From NCBI GenBank assembly GCA_964628755.1, contig CAZVMQ010000001.1:28628-92627 (forward strand): 64,000 nt of DNA. Reading direction: 5' to 3'. The stretch comes from an uncultured Halanaerobiaceae bacterium. Lineage in GTDB: Bacteria; Bacillota; Halanaerobiia; Halanaerobiales; Halarsenatibacteraceae. Below the pieces are notes generated by a model. That model ran no database searches. It was not told the DNA's origin and was given only the letters and a program-made list of their open reading frames with translations. A program made the position numbers and the translations under genes. Positions 30,132-40,148 of this stretch are shown in pieces (position 1 is the first letter of the stretch; the number at the start of each line of letters is the position of its first letter).

Positions 30132-31010
30132 TTGAAAACGGCAATACTGACTGATAGCACCTGTGATTTGCCCAGGGAGATCAAGCAGGATTTAAATTTT
30201 CTCTATACAATTCCACTCAATATTCATTTTTCTGAAGAAGACCTGACCGATGGTAAAGATATTACTTCCGAAAGTTTTTTTGCCCGGATAAATCAAACAG
30301 GAGAAATTCCCTCTACCTCTCAGCCTTCTGCGGGAGAGTTTATGAAGACATACGATCATCTCTCGGCAGAATATGATCATATTTTGTCCATACATTTATC
30401 CGGAGAGTTAAGTGGTACAATAGCTTCAGCTCACACCGCTGCTCAACAGGTGGAAGGAGCAAATATAAATATTTTTGATTCGGGCTCAGCTTCTTTAGGT
30501 CTGGGATTTTTGGTTTTATTTGCGGCAAAATTGCTAAAGTCAGGTTCAGAACCTCAGGAAGTTTTAGAAAAATTAGCAGTTGCTAAAAAACGAGCCAATG
30601 TATATTTTACCGTCGATGACCTGACTTATTTAGAAAAAGGAGGAAGAATAGGTAAAGCTCAAGCTTTTCTGGGTTCCATCTTAAATTTTCAGCCTCTTCT
30701 CACTTTACCCGGGGAGGAAGGAGAGGTCATTCCTAAAGGTAAAGCACGCGGAAAAAACAGATTCAAGCAAAAATTATTTGACCAGCTTCAGGAAGATTTA
30801 GCCGAAGATAATTACGCCTGGCTGGGCATTTTACATGGAGCCAGTCAGGAAAATGCTAAAGAGCTTCAGCAGGATGCAGAAAATTTGCTGGCAGAAATTA
30901 ATATTGAAGCTAAAATTTACTCCAATATTATCAGTCCTGTTCTGGGCTGCCACACCGGACCTACAGTTTACGGGCTGGCTACTTTAAGTGGAGAATTTTT
31001 AGATATATGA
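30132..31010 (+). CDS. fakB: DegV-family fatty-acid-binding protein
   Basis: TDSTCDLP, STSQPS, SGELSGT, YLEKGGRIG and GCHTGP motifs; adjacent to fakA. Confidence 0.9.
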   Translation: MKTAILTDSTCDLPREIKQDLNFLYTIPLNIHFSEEDLTDGKDITSESFFARINQTGEIPSTSQPSAGEFMKTYDHLSAEYDHILSIHLSGELSGTIASAHTAAQQVEGANINIFDSGSASLGLGFLVLFAAKLLKSGSEPQEVLEKLAVAKKRANVYFTVDDLTYLEKGGRIGKAQAFLGSILNFQPLLTLPGEEGEVIPKGKARGKNRFKQKLFDQLQEDLAEDNYAWLGILHGASQENAKELQQDAENLLAEINIEAKIYSNIISPVLGCHTGPTVYGLATLSGEFLDI

Positions 31011-33061
31011 GCCCAGGACCTTCCAGAATAAAGATAGATGAAGTCAGGGGGGTAGGTGCTGCTCGAGCCCAAAAATTTAAAGAGTTAAATATAATAACAG
31101 TGGCAGATCTGCTTTATCATTTTCCGCGAAAATATGAAGACAGAAAAAATATTTCTTCTATTGCTGGAGCTGAACCGGGCAATAAAGTGTTAATTCGGGC
31201 TGAAGTTAAACAAAAAGAATTAAATAGCTCTGGCTCTGATTTAGATATATTAAAGGTGAAGTTTTCTGATCAATCAGGAACTCTTTACGGTTTGTGGTTT
31301 AATCAAAACTATTTGCTAAATAAATTCGAAATCGGCCATAAATTTATGATTTTTGGCAGGATAAATAGCGAAAGCTGGCAAAAATATGGCAGAAAAGAGA
31401 TTAATAATCCTATCGTAGAGTCGACGGCCAGAAATAATTTTTTACATACCGGGCGGATAGTCCCTTTTTATTCTTTGAGCGAGGATTTATCGCAAAGAGT
31501 TATGCGTAAAATTGTTTTTCAGGCTCTCAACCAGTATCAGGATAAATTCAAAGAGTGGCTGCCAGCAGCAATTATGAAAAAATTTGATTTTCCCAAACTA
31601 AAAAATGCTCTCAGGGAATTTCATTTTCCTCGCTGCCGCCAGGAATTTCGTAGAGCCAAATTTCGTTTTGCTTTTGCTGAATTATTTATCATTCAGCTTA
31701 AACTGCTGCAGAAAAAAGCTTCTTACAGTAGAGTCCGGGGTAAAGCTCAACCACCGGATCCGGAAATTCTTTCTCTCCTGACTGATAAATTAGATTTTTC
31801 TTTAACAGCCTCGCAAAAACAGGCATGGCATGAGATTGCTGGTGATTTAGAAACTGAAACCCCAATGCAAAGATTATTACAGGGAGATGTAGGTTCTGGT
31901 AAAACCATAGTAGCTTTACTGGCACTTTTAACTGCAGCTTCTAATGACAATTTAGGGGTTTTTATGGCCCCCACAGAAATACTGGCCGAGCAGCATTACC
32001 TTGCTTTTCAGAATTTATTAGAAGAACTTCCAGTTAAGATTGATATTTTGACTGGAAGTAAAGATACTTCCAAAAAAGAGTTGACATTACAAAAAATTAA
32101 TAATGGAGTTACTGATATTTTAATTGGCACCCATGCTCTGCTGGAAAATTATGATTATCCAGATTTGGGTCTGGTAGTCATTGATGAACAGCATAAGTTT
32201 GGAGTTAATCAGCGAAGAAAAATACTGGAAAAGGGTGATAACCCGGATCTGCTGGTTATGACTGCTACACCAATACCTCGCTCCCTCGCTCTGACTTATT
32301 ATGGGGATATGGATATTTCCACTATAGAGGAGCTGCCTTCAGGCCGACCACAGGTAATTACCACTCGAAGATCTTCAAATGATCTGGACAATATCTATAA
32401 TTTTATCAAACAGAAAGTGGAGCAGGGTGAAAAGGCATATATAGTTTGTCCCCTTATCAATGCTGCTGAAGAAAGACCAGAATTGAGCTCTGTAATGAAA
32501 AGAGCTAAATTTTTAACTGATAAATATTTTTCCAGCCAGGAAATAGGAGTTATGCATGGGGGTCTAAGTACCGAGCAAAAGAGAAAAACTATGAAAGAGT
32601 TTAAACACGGTGGTATTAATGTTTTAGTCAGCACTACAGTGATTGAAGTCGGGCTTGATGTTCCCGGGGCAACTTTTATGGTTATTGAAAATGCTGAACA
32701 ATTTGGCCTGGCTCAGCTGCATCAGTTAAGAGGCAGAGTTGGTAGAGGCAGTAAAAAATCCTATTGTATTCTAATTGCAGAACCTAAAACAGAAAGGGCG
32801 CAAAAACGAATTGAAGCCATGATAAATACTGAGGATGGATTTGAAATTGCAGAACAGGATTTGAAAATCAGAGGTCCCGGTAAAATTTTTGGGGAGCAGC
32901 AGCATGGGATAAGTGAATTAAGAGTAGCCGATTTTTCCCGTCACGAAAAATTGCTGGAAATTGCCCGGGAAGAGGCGGGTGAATTATTAAAAAGCCAGAG
33001 ATGGCAGCTAGAAAATCCAGCTTTAGCAAATAAAATTTCCCGACTGGATATTGTTTTATAA
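31007..33061 (+). CDS. recG: ATP-dependent DNA helicase RecG
   Basis: QGDVGSGKT, DEQHKFG, TATPIPR, TTVIEVG and QLRGRVGR motifs. Confidence 0.97.
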   Translation: MSPGPSRIKIDEVRGVGAARAQKFKELNIITVADLLYHFPRKYEDRKNISSIAGAEPGNKVLIRAEVKQKELNSSGSDLDILKVKFSDQSGTLYGLWFNQNYLLNKFEIGHKFMIFGRINSESWQKYGRKEINNPIVESTARNNFLHTGRIVPFYSLSEDLSQRVMRKIVFQALNQYQDKFKEWLPAAIMKKFDFPKLKNALREFHFPRCRQEFRRAKFRFAFAELFIIQLKLLQKKASYSRVRGKAQPPDPEILSLLTDKLDFSLTASQKQAWHEIAGDLETETPMQRLLQGDVGSGKTIVALLALLTAASNDNLGVFMAPTEILAEQHYLAFQNLLEELPVKIDILTGSKDTSKKELTLQKINNGVTDILIGTHALLENYDYPDLGLVVIDEQHKFGVNQRRKILEKGDNPDLLVMTATPIPRSLALTYYGDMDISTIEELPSGRPQVITTRRSSNDLDNIYNFIKQKVEQGEKAYIVCPLINAAEERPELSSVMKRAKFLTDKYFSSQEIGVMHGGLSTEQKRKTMKEFKHGGINVLVSTTVIEVGLDVPGATFMVIENAEQFGLAQLHQLRGRVGRGSKKSYCILIAEPKTERAQKRIEAMINTEDGFEIAEQDLKIRGPGKIFGEQQHGISELRVADFSRHEKLLEIAREEAGELLKSQRWQLENPALANKISRLDIVL

Positions 33062-33082
33062 ATCAGGAAGGTTGTGATTTTG

Positions 33083-33628
33083 ATGAGAATTATCTCAGGC
33101 AGTGCCAGAGGTACTCGTTTGAAGACTGGCGATTCTGATAAAGTTAGGCCTACCAAGGATGTAGTTAAAGAAGCAGTTTTTAATATGATAATGGATTACC
33201 CCCAGAATTCAAAATGTCTTGACCTCTATGCAGGTTTTGGCAACTTAGGTTTAGAAGCAGCCAGCAGAGGTGCAAAAAAGGTCACTTTTGTGGAAATAGA
33301 TGCTAGAAATTGTGATATAATAAAAGAAAACATTGGAATTATACACGGTGAAGATGTTTGTGAAGTAGTTTGCAACAAAGCACGTAGTTATCTGAATTAT
33401 ACCGACCAGAAGTATGATTTAGTTTTTCTCGATCCCCCTTATGATTCAGAAGAATATGATAAAGCTTTAAAAAAATTAATTGCCCAAAATTGCCTGATTA
33501 ATCCCGCCATAATAGTTTTGGAATTTTATACCCGAAAAAAACCCGATGTTGATCTTGAAGATTTCCTGGTATTAAGAGAAAAAGAATACGGTAAAACTGG
33601 AGTATTGCTGCTGGAGTATCAGGGATAA
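33083..33628 (+). CDS. rsmD: 16S rRNA m2G966 methyltransferase
   Basis: MRIISGSARG, RPT, LDLYAG.G.LGLEA.SRGA and FLDPPY motifs. Confidence 0.94.
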   Translation: MRIISGSARGTRLKTGDSDKVRPTKDVVKEAVFNMIMDYPQNSKCLDLYAGFGNLGLEAASRGAKKVTFVEIDARNCDIIKENIGIIHGEDVCEVVCNKARSYLNYTDQKYDLVFLDPPYDSEEYDKALKKLIAQNCLINPAIIVLEFYTRKKPDVDLEDFLVLREKEYGKTGVLLLEYQG

Positions 33629-33686
33629 AAATAATATGATGTTTTAAACACAGAATTAGACACAAAAATTTACTGGAGTGATTTTT

Positions 33687-34166
33687 ATGGTTAAAGCAGT
33701 GTATCCCGGCAGTTTTGATCCATTAACTTATGGTCATCTAGACATTATAAAAAGGGCAGAAAACATTTTCGCGGAAATTGACATCGCTGTTATAGATAAT
33801 CCTGATAAAAACTGTCTTTTTTCTCCTGGCGAAAGAGTAGATATTATCGAGAAGACTGTAGAAGAAATTTCCGGGGTGGAGGTAAACTCCTTCTCTGGTC
33901 TAACAGTAGATTATGTTCAGAAAGTTAAGGCTGATGTAATTATCAGGGGATTGAGATCTGTTTCAGATTTTGAGGGTGAATTACAGATGGCCAAGATGAA
34001 TAAGCAGATGGTTAATGACATAGAGACAGTGTTTTTAATGACATCGCCCAATTATGCCCATGTCAGTTCCAGTTTAATTAAAGAAATCGCCAAATTTCAG
34101 GGGGATTATTCTCAGTTTGTCCCTGACAGCTCAGCCCGAGCTTTAAAAGATGCATATTCTTCTTAG
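33687..34166 (+). CDS. coaD: Phosphopantetheine adenylyltransferase
   Basis: YPGSFDPLTYGH, IRGLR..SDFE and VSSS motifs. Confidence 0.97.
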   Translation: MVKAVYPGSFDPLTYGHLDIIKRAENIFAEIDIAVIDNPDKNCLFSPGERVDIIEKTVEEISGVEVNSFSGLTVDYVQKVKADVIIRGLRSVSDFEGELQMAKMNKQMVNDIETVFLMTSPNYAHVSSSLIKEIAKFQGDYSQFVPDSSARALKDAYSS

Positions 34167-34221
34167 GGGTTTGTTTTTGTTTTAATCGGATGGCTTAATC
34201 TTGCCGGGAGGGAAAAAAGAA

Positions 34222-35220
34222 GTGAATAGTAATCAAATTTTACATGATAAGTTAAAACAGCTGGATAAACTAGAATTGCGCAGGATCAGGGCTGATATAG
34301 ATGATTATATCAACTGGACTCCCTGCAGTTATTGTGAAGGATTGAGTGAAGAATATGATCAAGATATTTATTTAAAACTTGAGAACCTACAGAGAACCGG
34401 TGCCTTCAAAATAAGAGGCAATGCTCATAAGCTATCTCAACTTGAAGATACCAAACTTCAGGAAGGAGTCATAACTGCTTCTTCAGGTAATCATGGGCTG
34501 GGGTTGTCTCTGTCTGCTTGTTTAAGAACTATTCCAGCTACAGTGCTGGTACCCAGACAAACCCCGGAAATAAAGATAAAAAAACTGAATAGTTATGGGG
34601 CTGAGGTTATTGTAGAAGGAGATAATTACGATAAAGCAGTTAATAAAGCTAAAGATTTAGCCCGGGATAGAGATATGCTGTATATTTCCAGTTTTGATGA
34701 CCAGGATATTATTCTGGGTAATACCACCATGGGCTGGGAAATTTTCACCACCCTGCAGGAGCCAGGTCTGGTGATTTGTCCGGTTGGCGGTGGTGGAGGT
34801 ATGGCAGGTATAAGCATTGCTCGTAATATACTTTCCCCCGGTACAGAAATTGTGGGGGTAGAGGCTGAAGGTTCAGCTTCTATGACTAAATCACTGGCTG
34901 CCAATAAAAGAATAGAACTCCAAAATATTTCCACTCTGGCCGATGGAATTAAAGTTGCTACTCCGGGCAAATTAACATTCCCTCTGGCTCAACAAAATAC
35001 CAAAGAAATGATAACAGTTAATGAAAATGATATGCAGAAATCTTTTTTAAAGCTGATGAACAAAGCCAAAATTGTAGCTGAACTGGCAGGTTGTGCTCCT
35101 GTAGCTGCTCTGGATTATATAGATTTAAGTGAAATATCCGGTCCGATTGTTTGTGTAATTTCGGGCGGAAATATCGACCATCGTCTGATTGGGAAAATTT
35201 TAAAAGATAATCTTTATTAA
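34222..35220 (+). CDS. PLP-dependent Ser/Thr dehydratase-family protein without an ACT domain (start likely the GTG at 34222)
   Basis: LKLENLQRTGAFKIRG, SSGNHG, PVGGGG, TLADG and ISGGN motifs. Confidence 0.85.
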   Translation: MNSNQILHDKLKQLDKLELRRIRADIDDYINWTPCSYCEGLSEEYDQDIYLKLENLQRTGAFKIRGNAHKLSQLEDTKLQEGVITASSGNHGLGLSLSACLRTIPATVLVPRQTPEIKIKKLNSYGAEVIVEGDNYDKAVNKAKDLARDRDMLYISSFDDQDIILGNTTMGWEIFTTLQEPGLVICPVGGGGGMAGISIARNILSPGTEIVGVEAEGSASMTKSLAANKRIELQNISTLADGIKVATPGKLTFPLAQQNTKEMITVNENDMQKSFLKLMNKAKIVAELAGCAPVAALDYIDLSEISGPIVCVISGGNIDHRLIGKILKDNLY

Positions 35221-35253
35221 TTTCTGGATGATTATATATTTTCTGCATTTTTG

Positions 35254-35281
35254 GGGGCAGGAAAATCCAGCCCCTTTTTTT
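35254..35281 (+). terminator. Intrinsic terminator after the dehydratase gene
   Basis: GGGGCAGGA-AAA-TCCAGCCCC followed by a T-run. Confidence 0.7.
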
Positions 35282-35327
35282 GATTTAAACTTATTCAGGC
35301 TGGTAAAATATAGGGTGATGATAAAAC

Positions 35328-36032
35328 ATGCCTGCAAAAATTTTAGTTGTTGATGACGAAGAAAAAGTCCGCAATATAGTTACTTCTTATCTGGAAGAAG
35401 AGTATGAAGTACTGACAGCAGCCAGGGGGGATACTGCTTTAGAAATTATATATGAACAGGATGTAGATCTGTTGATTCTGGATTTAATGCTCCCGGGTTT
35501 GGCGGGCGAAAAAGTTGCCGAAAAAGTAAGAGAAAGGTCTGATCTCCCTATTTTAATGCTGACAGCACGCAGCAAAGATCAGGATAAAATAGCAGGATTT
35601 GAGCATGGCGCTGATGACTATCTGGTAAAACCTTTTAATCCCCGGGAATTGCAGGCCAGGGTCAAAGCTATACTGAAAAGAACCGGAGCCCTGAAGCTTA
35701 GCGATAAAGAGATAAGTTTTCCCGAATATTGTTTGAAAATATATCCGCAAGCAAAAGAGGTTATTTTGCAGGAAGAAGAAGTTGATCTAACTGCGACCGA
35801 ATTTAAGTTATTAGAAGTATTTATAAATAATCAGGGGCAAATTCTCAGTCGAGATCAGCTCATGGATAAAGTATTTGGCCTGGATTATCAAGGTTTTGAT
35901 CGTACAATAGATGTTCACGTTAAGAATCTGCGTAAAAAACTCAAATTGCAGCAGGGAGAATTTATACTAACAGTTTATGGCATGGGTTATAAACTGGATG
36001 GAGGCTTAAAGTGTAATGAGTCTCAAATTTAA
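35328..36032 (+). CDS. OmpR/PhoB-family response regulator
   Basis: ILVVDDE, LDLMLPG, GADDYLVKPF and winged-helix RTIDVHVKNLRKKL motifs. Confidence 0.95.
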   Translation: MPAKILVVDDEEKVRNIVTSYLEEEYEVLTAARGDTALEIIYEQDVDLLILDLMLPGLAGEKVAEKVRERSDLPILMLTARSKDQDKIAGFEHGADDYLVKPFNPRELQARVKAILKRTGALKLSDKEISFPEYCLKIYPQAKEVILQEEEVDLTATEFKLLEVFINNQGQILSRDQLMDKVFGLDYQGFDRTIDVHVKNLRKKLKLQQGEFILTVYGMGYKLDGGLKCNESQI

Positions 36033-37410
36033 AATATTTTCGAGTATGCTGGTTATTATCATTTTAACTGTTATAAGCTCTGCCATATTTTTCAATATCG
36101 GTATTGAACGTCATTTTTCTCAATTCCGCCTGGAGGAATCAGCCCAGGAAATAGATCAGTTTTTGCAACGGGCTGAAAAACTATATCAGCAGACAGATGA
36201 CAGGGCACAGGTTATAGATTTTATCAGTGTTTATGCGGAAGAAAATAATATAGATTACTTTCCTGGTGCTCCTGACAACCAGCACCATCAGCATGGTAAT
36301 AATAGGAGTACTTCTGCTGAGAGGAGTAGCAGGATGATGGAAAGAGGCCATCAGGGCATGATGCGGGATATCCTGGAAGATGGTTTGGTGCTGGAGTTTT
36401 CTGGAGAGCATTTTGGCTATTTAAACTGGTCGCAGAGTCCAGAAGAAGCCGGGTTACTCCAGGAAATTGAAGCACAAACTGCTGACCTGCGTAACAATAT
36501 TAATAGATTTTTGTTTCCTATAGGAGCTATTTTAATTTTTTTATCCGGCCTGTTAAGTTTTGGTCTGGCAAAACGTCATACCCAACCAATTGCTGCCATG
36601 ATAAAAACTGTTGAGAAAATTGAGCAGGGCGAATTTCAGGTTAAAATTTCAGATTGTGATACCCCGGAATTACAATCACTGGCAGATGCAATTAATTCTC
36701 TTAGCTCTCGTCTTAGTTATCTGGAGCAGGTACGCAGACAATCAGTATCAGATATCAGTCATGAAATGAGAACCCCATTAACAAATTTAAAAAATTATTT
36801 ACATGCCCTGGATGATAATGTACTTGAATGGGATGAGGAGACCTTAGAAGAATTAGAAGAAGAGGTTGATCGCCTGATAAATTTAACGGAGAAATTTGAA
36901 GAATTAACTGAAGCAGAAAGAAAGGCCAAAAATATTGAGCTTTCCCGCCAAAATCTAACTGAAGTTTTTCGGGGGTTGAAGAAAAAATTTTCTAACCGGG
37001 CAAAACAGAAAAATATATCTCTGAACTTTACTGTTTCTCTGGATAAATTGGTATGGCAGCTTGATGAAGAAGCTGTAAAAACTATTTTAATTAATTTGCT
37101 TAACAATTCTATTAAATATACCGAACCTGGCGGCAAAATAAGATGTAGTGTAAAGCGAAATGAGGAGATGCTGGAGTTTAATGTTAGTGATACAGGTATC
37201 GGTATTCCCGACTCAGAACAGGAAATGATCTTCGAGAGATTTTACAGAACTGACAAATCCAGATCGCGTGATACAGGTGGCAGTGGTCTGGGCCTGGCCA
37301 TAGTCAAAGAATTGGTGGAGGCAATGAAAGGCAGTATAAATATTGAAAGTGAAGAGGGGACGGGCACAGTGATATCTGTATTGATCCCGGCTATAAAGGA
37401 GGAAAAATAA
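36016..37410 (+). CDS. Membrane sensor histidine kinase (HAMP, BaeS-like)
   Basis: Two TM helices and HAMP; H-box SHEMRTPL; N-box NLLNNSIKY; DTGIG, FERFYR and GSGLGL motifs. Confidence 0.95.
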   Translation: MSLKFKIFSSMLVIIILTVISSAIFFNIGIERHFSQFRLEESAQEIDQFLQRAEKLYQQTDDRAQVIDFISVYAEENNIDYFPGAPDNQHHQHGNNRSTSAERSSRMMERGHQGMMRDILEDGLVLEFSGEHFGYLNWSQSPEEAGLLQEIEAQTADLRNNINRFLFPIGAILIFLSGLLSFGLAKRHTQPIAAMIKTVEKIEQGEFQVKISDCDTPELQSLADAINSLSSRLSYLEQVRRQSVSDISHEMRTPLTNLKNYLHALDDNVLEWDEETLEELEEEVDRLINLTEKFEELTEAERKAKNIELSRQNLTEVFRGLKKKFSNRAKQKNISLNFTVSLDKLVWQLDEEAVKTILINLLNNSIKYTEPGGKIRCSVKRNEEMLEFNVSDTGIGIPDSEQEMIFERFYRTDKSRSRDTGGSGLGLAIVKELVEAMKGSINIESEEGTGTVISVLIPAIKEEK

Positions 37411-37411
37411 A

Positions 37412-39031
37412 TTGAATTTTGATGCCTGCAGTCAAAGGTTTTCTTCTCAGCGGCAATTAACAATGTCCTGTCGGGGAGCAGTGGCTACCTCTCAGCCTCT
37501 GGCGGCTAATGCTGGTCTAACCGTTATGCAGGAAGGAGGAAATGCTTTTGATGCGGCCCTGGCTGCTGCAGCTGCTTTAACCGTGGTAGAACCTACTTCC
37601 AATGGTCTGGGAGGAGATTGTTTTGCTCTTTTTTCTGCAGGGGGTAAAGTTACAGGTATGAATGCTTCCGGCTGGCTACCTGGAAGTTATCCCCGCAGTC
37701 TTCTGCAAAAAATAGCTGAAGAGCAGGAAAAGCTGGGGCCTTATGGTTGGGAGGCAGTAACTGTTCCCGGCCAGCTGGCAGGCTGGAAATATCTCAGAGA
37801 AAATTACGCTATACTGGATTGGGAAAAGATATTGAAACCGGCTATAAAATATGCCCGGGAAGGGTTTCCCGTTTCTCCTGTGGTGGCCAGAAGCTGGAAA
37901 AAAGCAGTAAAAAAATACCAGGAGAATTTAAAAGACAGGTTTTTAAAGCACTTTTTAGCAAATTTTAGCAAAGATGGTAGAACTCCACATCCGGGAGAAG
38001 TCTGGCAGAATCATAATCAGGCTGATACTCTGGAAAAGCTGGCCGATAATGGTGTTGATGATTTTTATAAAGGAGAGTTAGCAGAAAAATTTATAGAATT
38101 TGCCCGCAGTTCTGGAGGTTATATTTCTGAACAGGATCTGGCTGAGTTTGAGGTCAAACCTGTAAAACCTTTGAAAATAAATTATAGAGGACACGAAATA
38201 TTTGAACTGCCCCCTAATGGCCAGGGATTAATAGCTTTACAGGCTCTTAAAATATTATCAAAGTGGGAATTTGACAATTTTAACAGCATAGAAGAAATGC
38301 ATATGAGAATAGAAGCTCTCAAACAGGCTTTTGCAGATGGCAAGAAATATGTTGCCGACCCGGAAAAAATTTCATATAATCCTGAATCTCTACTGGAAGA
38401 TGAATACATCAAAAATAAACGTAAGAAGATAAAAAACCAGGCCGTTTCACCTCAACCTGGCAATATAGATACCGGAGGCACAGTCTATCTGGCTGCCATG
38501 GATAATAAAGGCAATTCTGTTTCTTTTATACAAAGTAATTATACAGGTTTTGGCTCAGGGATAGTTATTCCGGAAACCGGAATTGCCCTGCACAATAGAG
38601 GTTATAATTTTGACACCGACAAAAATTCAAATAATTTTCCTGAACCTCGTAAGCGGCCCTATCATACAATCATACCCGGTTATTTGCGTTCTCAAGATGA
38701 TAAGCTGGCAGGCCCTTTTGGAGTGATGGGAGGTTACATGCAGCCACAGGGACATATGCAGGTGCTGCAAAATTTAATTGATTATAATTTTAATCCGCAG
38801 GAAGCTCTGGATGCACCCCGTTGGCGCTGGCAGGATAACAAAAAAATATTTTTAGAAACAACTTATTCTGCAAATACAGCTCAGAGACTTGCTGATCGGG
38901 GGCATGAGGTTTTCTTTTCCCGGAATAAGGGTAAATTTGGCAGAGGGCAAATAATTCTCAGGGATCAAAATAAAGGAATTATAATAGGAGCAAGCGAACC
39001 CCGTGCAGATGGTCAGGTGGCAGTATTTTAG
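37412..39031 (+). CDS. ggt: Gamma-glutamyltransferase family protein (cytoplasmic YwrD type)
   Basis: GGNAFDAA, GLGGD, autoproteolysis site G-TVY, SFIQSNY.GFGS, KRPYHTI and GVMGG.MQPQG motifs; no signal peptide. Confidence 0.92.
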   Translation: MNFDACSQRFSSQRQLTMSCRGAVATSQPLAANAGLTVMQEGGNAFDAALAAAAALTVVEPTSNGLGGDCFALFSAGGKVTGMNASGWLPGSYPRSLLQKIAEEQEKLGPYGWEAVTVPGQLAGWKYLRENYAILDWEKILKPAIKYAREGFPVSPVVARSWKKAVKKYQENLKDRFLKHFLANFSKDGRTPHPGEVWQNHNQADTLEKLADNGVDDFYKGELAEKFIEFARSSGGYISEQDLAEFEVKPVKPLKINYRGHEIFELPPNGQGLIALQALKILSKWEFDNFNSIEEMHMRIEALKQAFADGKKYVADPEKISYNPESLLEDEYIKNKRKKIKNQAVSPQPGNIDTGGTVYLAAMDNKGNSVSFIQSNYTGFGSGIVIPETGIALHNRGYNFDTDKNSNNFPEPRKRPYHTIIPGYLRSQDDKLAGPFGVMGGYMQPQGHMQVLQNLIDYNFNPQEALDAPRWRWQDNKKIFLETTYSANTAQRLADRGHEVFFSRNKGKFGRGQIILRDQNKGIIIGASEPRADGQVAVF

Positions 39032-39050
39032 GCAGTATTTTGGAAAGTAG

Positions 39051-40148
39051 GTGAATTTATTGGCTGATAAATATAATAAGAAAAATAACATTAAAAATTC
39101 TACAGAAAAACATCATAAAATTTCTGATGATAAACAGAGAAGAATCCCTTTATACAGGATTATAATAGCAGGTCTTTTACTTTTATTTGTTGCTGTTAAT
39201 TTAATCCCCTCTGGATATTATATTGTCGAGCCGGGTCCTCCCCTGGCCTTACATGAATTAATTAAGGTAGAAGACAGTTACCGTCAGGAGGATTGGGGGG
39301 CTTTTTACCTAACTTCAGTTGGTCAGAGAAGAGCTTCTTTATGGGAAGTTTTTCAGTTCATTCTGCTTCCTGGAACTGATGACAGGGAATTATCGCCGGT
39401 GGAAGCTGCTGTGCCCCCCGGTATGGATGAGAGGGAATATATAAATTTGATGGCCAATCTTATGGAAGAAAGTCAGCTAGAAGCTCAGGCAGTAGCTTTA
39501 GAAGCTGCAGGTTATGAAGTTCAAATTGCTGGTCAAGGTGTAGAAATAATTGATATATTGCCTGACAGCCCGGCAGAAAATAATCTGCAGACAGGGGATA
39601 TTATCACTGCTATAAACGGAGAGCAGATTGACATGGCAACTGAAGCAGTGGATTTAATTTCCCGCAGGGATGTAGGGGAGCCGGTTGAACTTTTAGTTTC
39701 TCGTCAGAATGAAACTCAGCAGCTTGAAATATCCACTTATGAGAATCCGCAGAGAGAGGGGCAGCCATCTATAGGAGTGATGATTACTTCAGCAAAATTA
39801 GATTATGAAATGCCCGAACTTGTTAGCTTTGCTGAGAGTGATCTAGTAGGTCCTTCAGCCGGTGTGATGTTTGCTCTAGAAATATATAATCAGCTTACTG
39901 AAACTGATATTACCGCAGGAGAAAAGATTGCTGGTTCAGGAGAGATAGACCATAAAGGAAATATTTCAGAAGTAGCAGGTATAAAATTAAAGCTGGCTGC
40001 GGCCGCTGAAGAAAGTGCCACAAAATTTATATCTGCTTCTGCTAATAGAAAAGAGCTAGAAGAACACCCTTATTCTGAAGAGCTTGAAATTATACTGGCC
40101 CAGAATTTTCAGGAGTTATTAGAAAATTTATCAGCTTCACTTGACTAG
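39051..40148 (+). CDS. ylbL: YlbL-like membrane PDZ / Lon-type (S16) protease-domain protein
   Basis: TM segment, PDZ domain, GPSAG catalytic Ser and a downstream Lys; convergent with tmcAL as in Bacillus. Confidence 0.85.
   Translation: MNLLADKYNKKNNIKNSTEKHHKISDDKQRRIPLYRIIIAGLLLLFVAVNLIPSGYYIVEPGPPLALHELIKVEDSYRQEDWGAFYLTSVGQRRASLWEVFQFILLPGTDDRELSPVEAAVPPGMDEREYINLMANLMEESQLEAQAVALEAAGYEVQIAGQGVEIIDILPDSPAENNLQTGDIITAINGEQIDMATEAVDLISRRDVGEPVELLVSRQNETQQLEISTYENPQREGQPSIGVMITSAKLDYEMPELVSFAESDLVGPSAGVMFALEIYNQLTETDITAGEKIAGSGEIDHKGNISEVAGIKLKLAAAAEESATKFISASANRKELEEHPYSEELEIILAQNFQELLENLSASLD

Noticed and set aside
35257..35285. A fifth sigma-H promoter at GCAGGAAAA
   Set aside because: There is no GAAT at 17-18 nt spacing, and the sequence is the 5' arm of a terminator hairpin
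40137..40148. 12-nt tail-to-tail overlap of ylbL and tmcAL
   Set aside because: Short convergent overlaps are common, and this convergent pair is a conserved Firmicute arrangement
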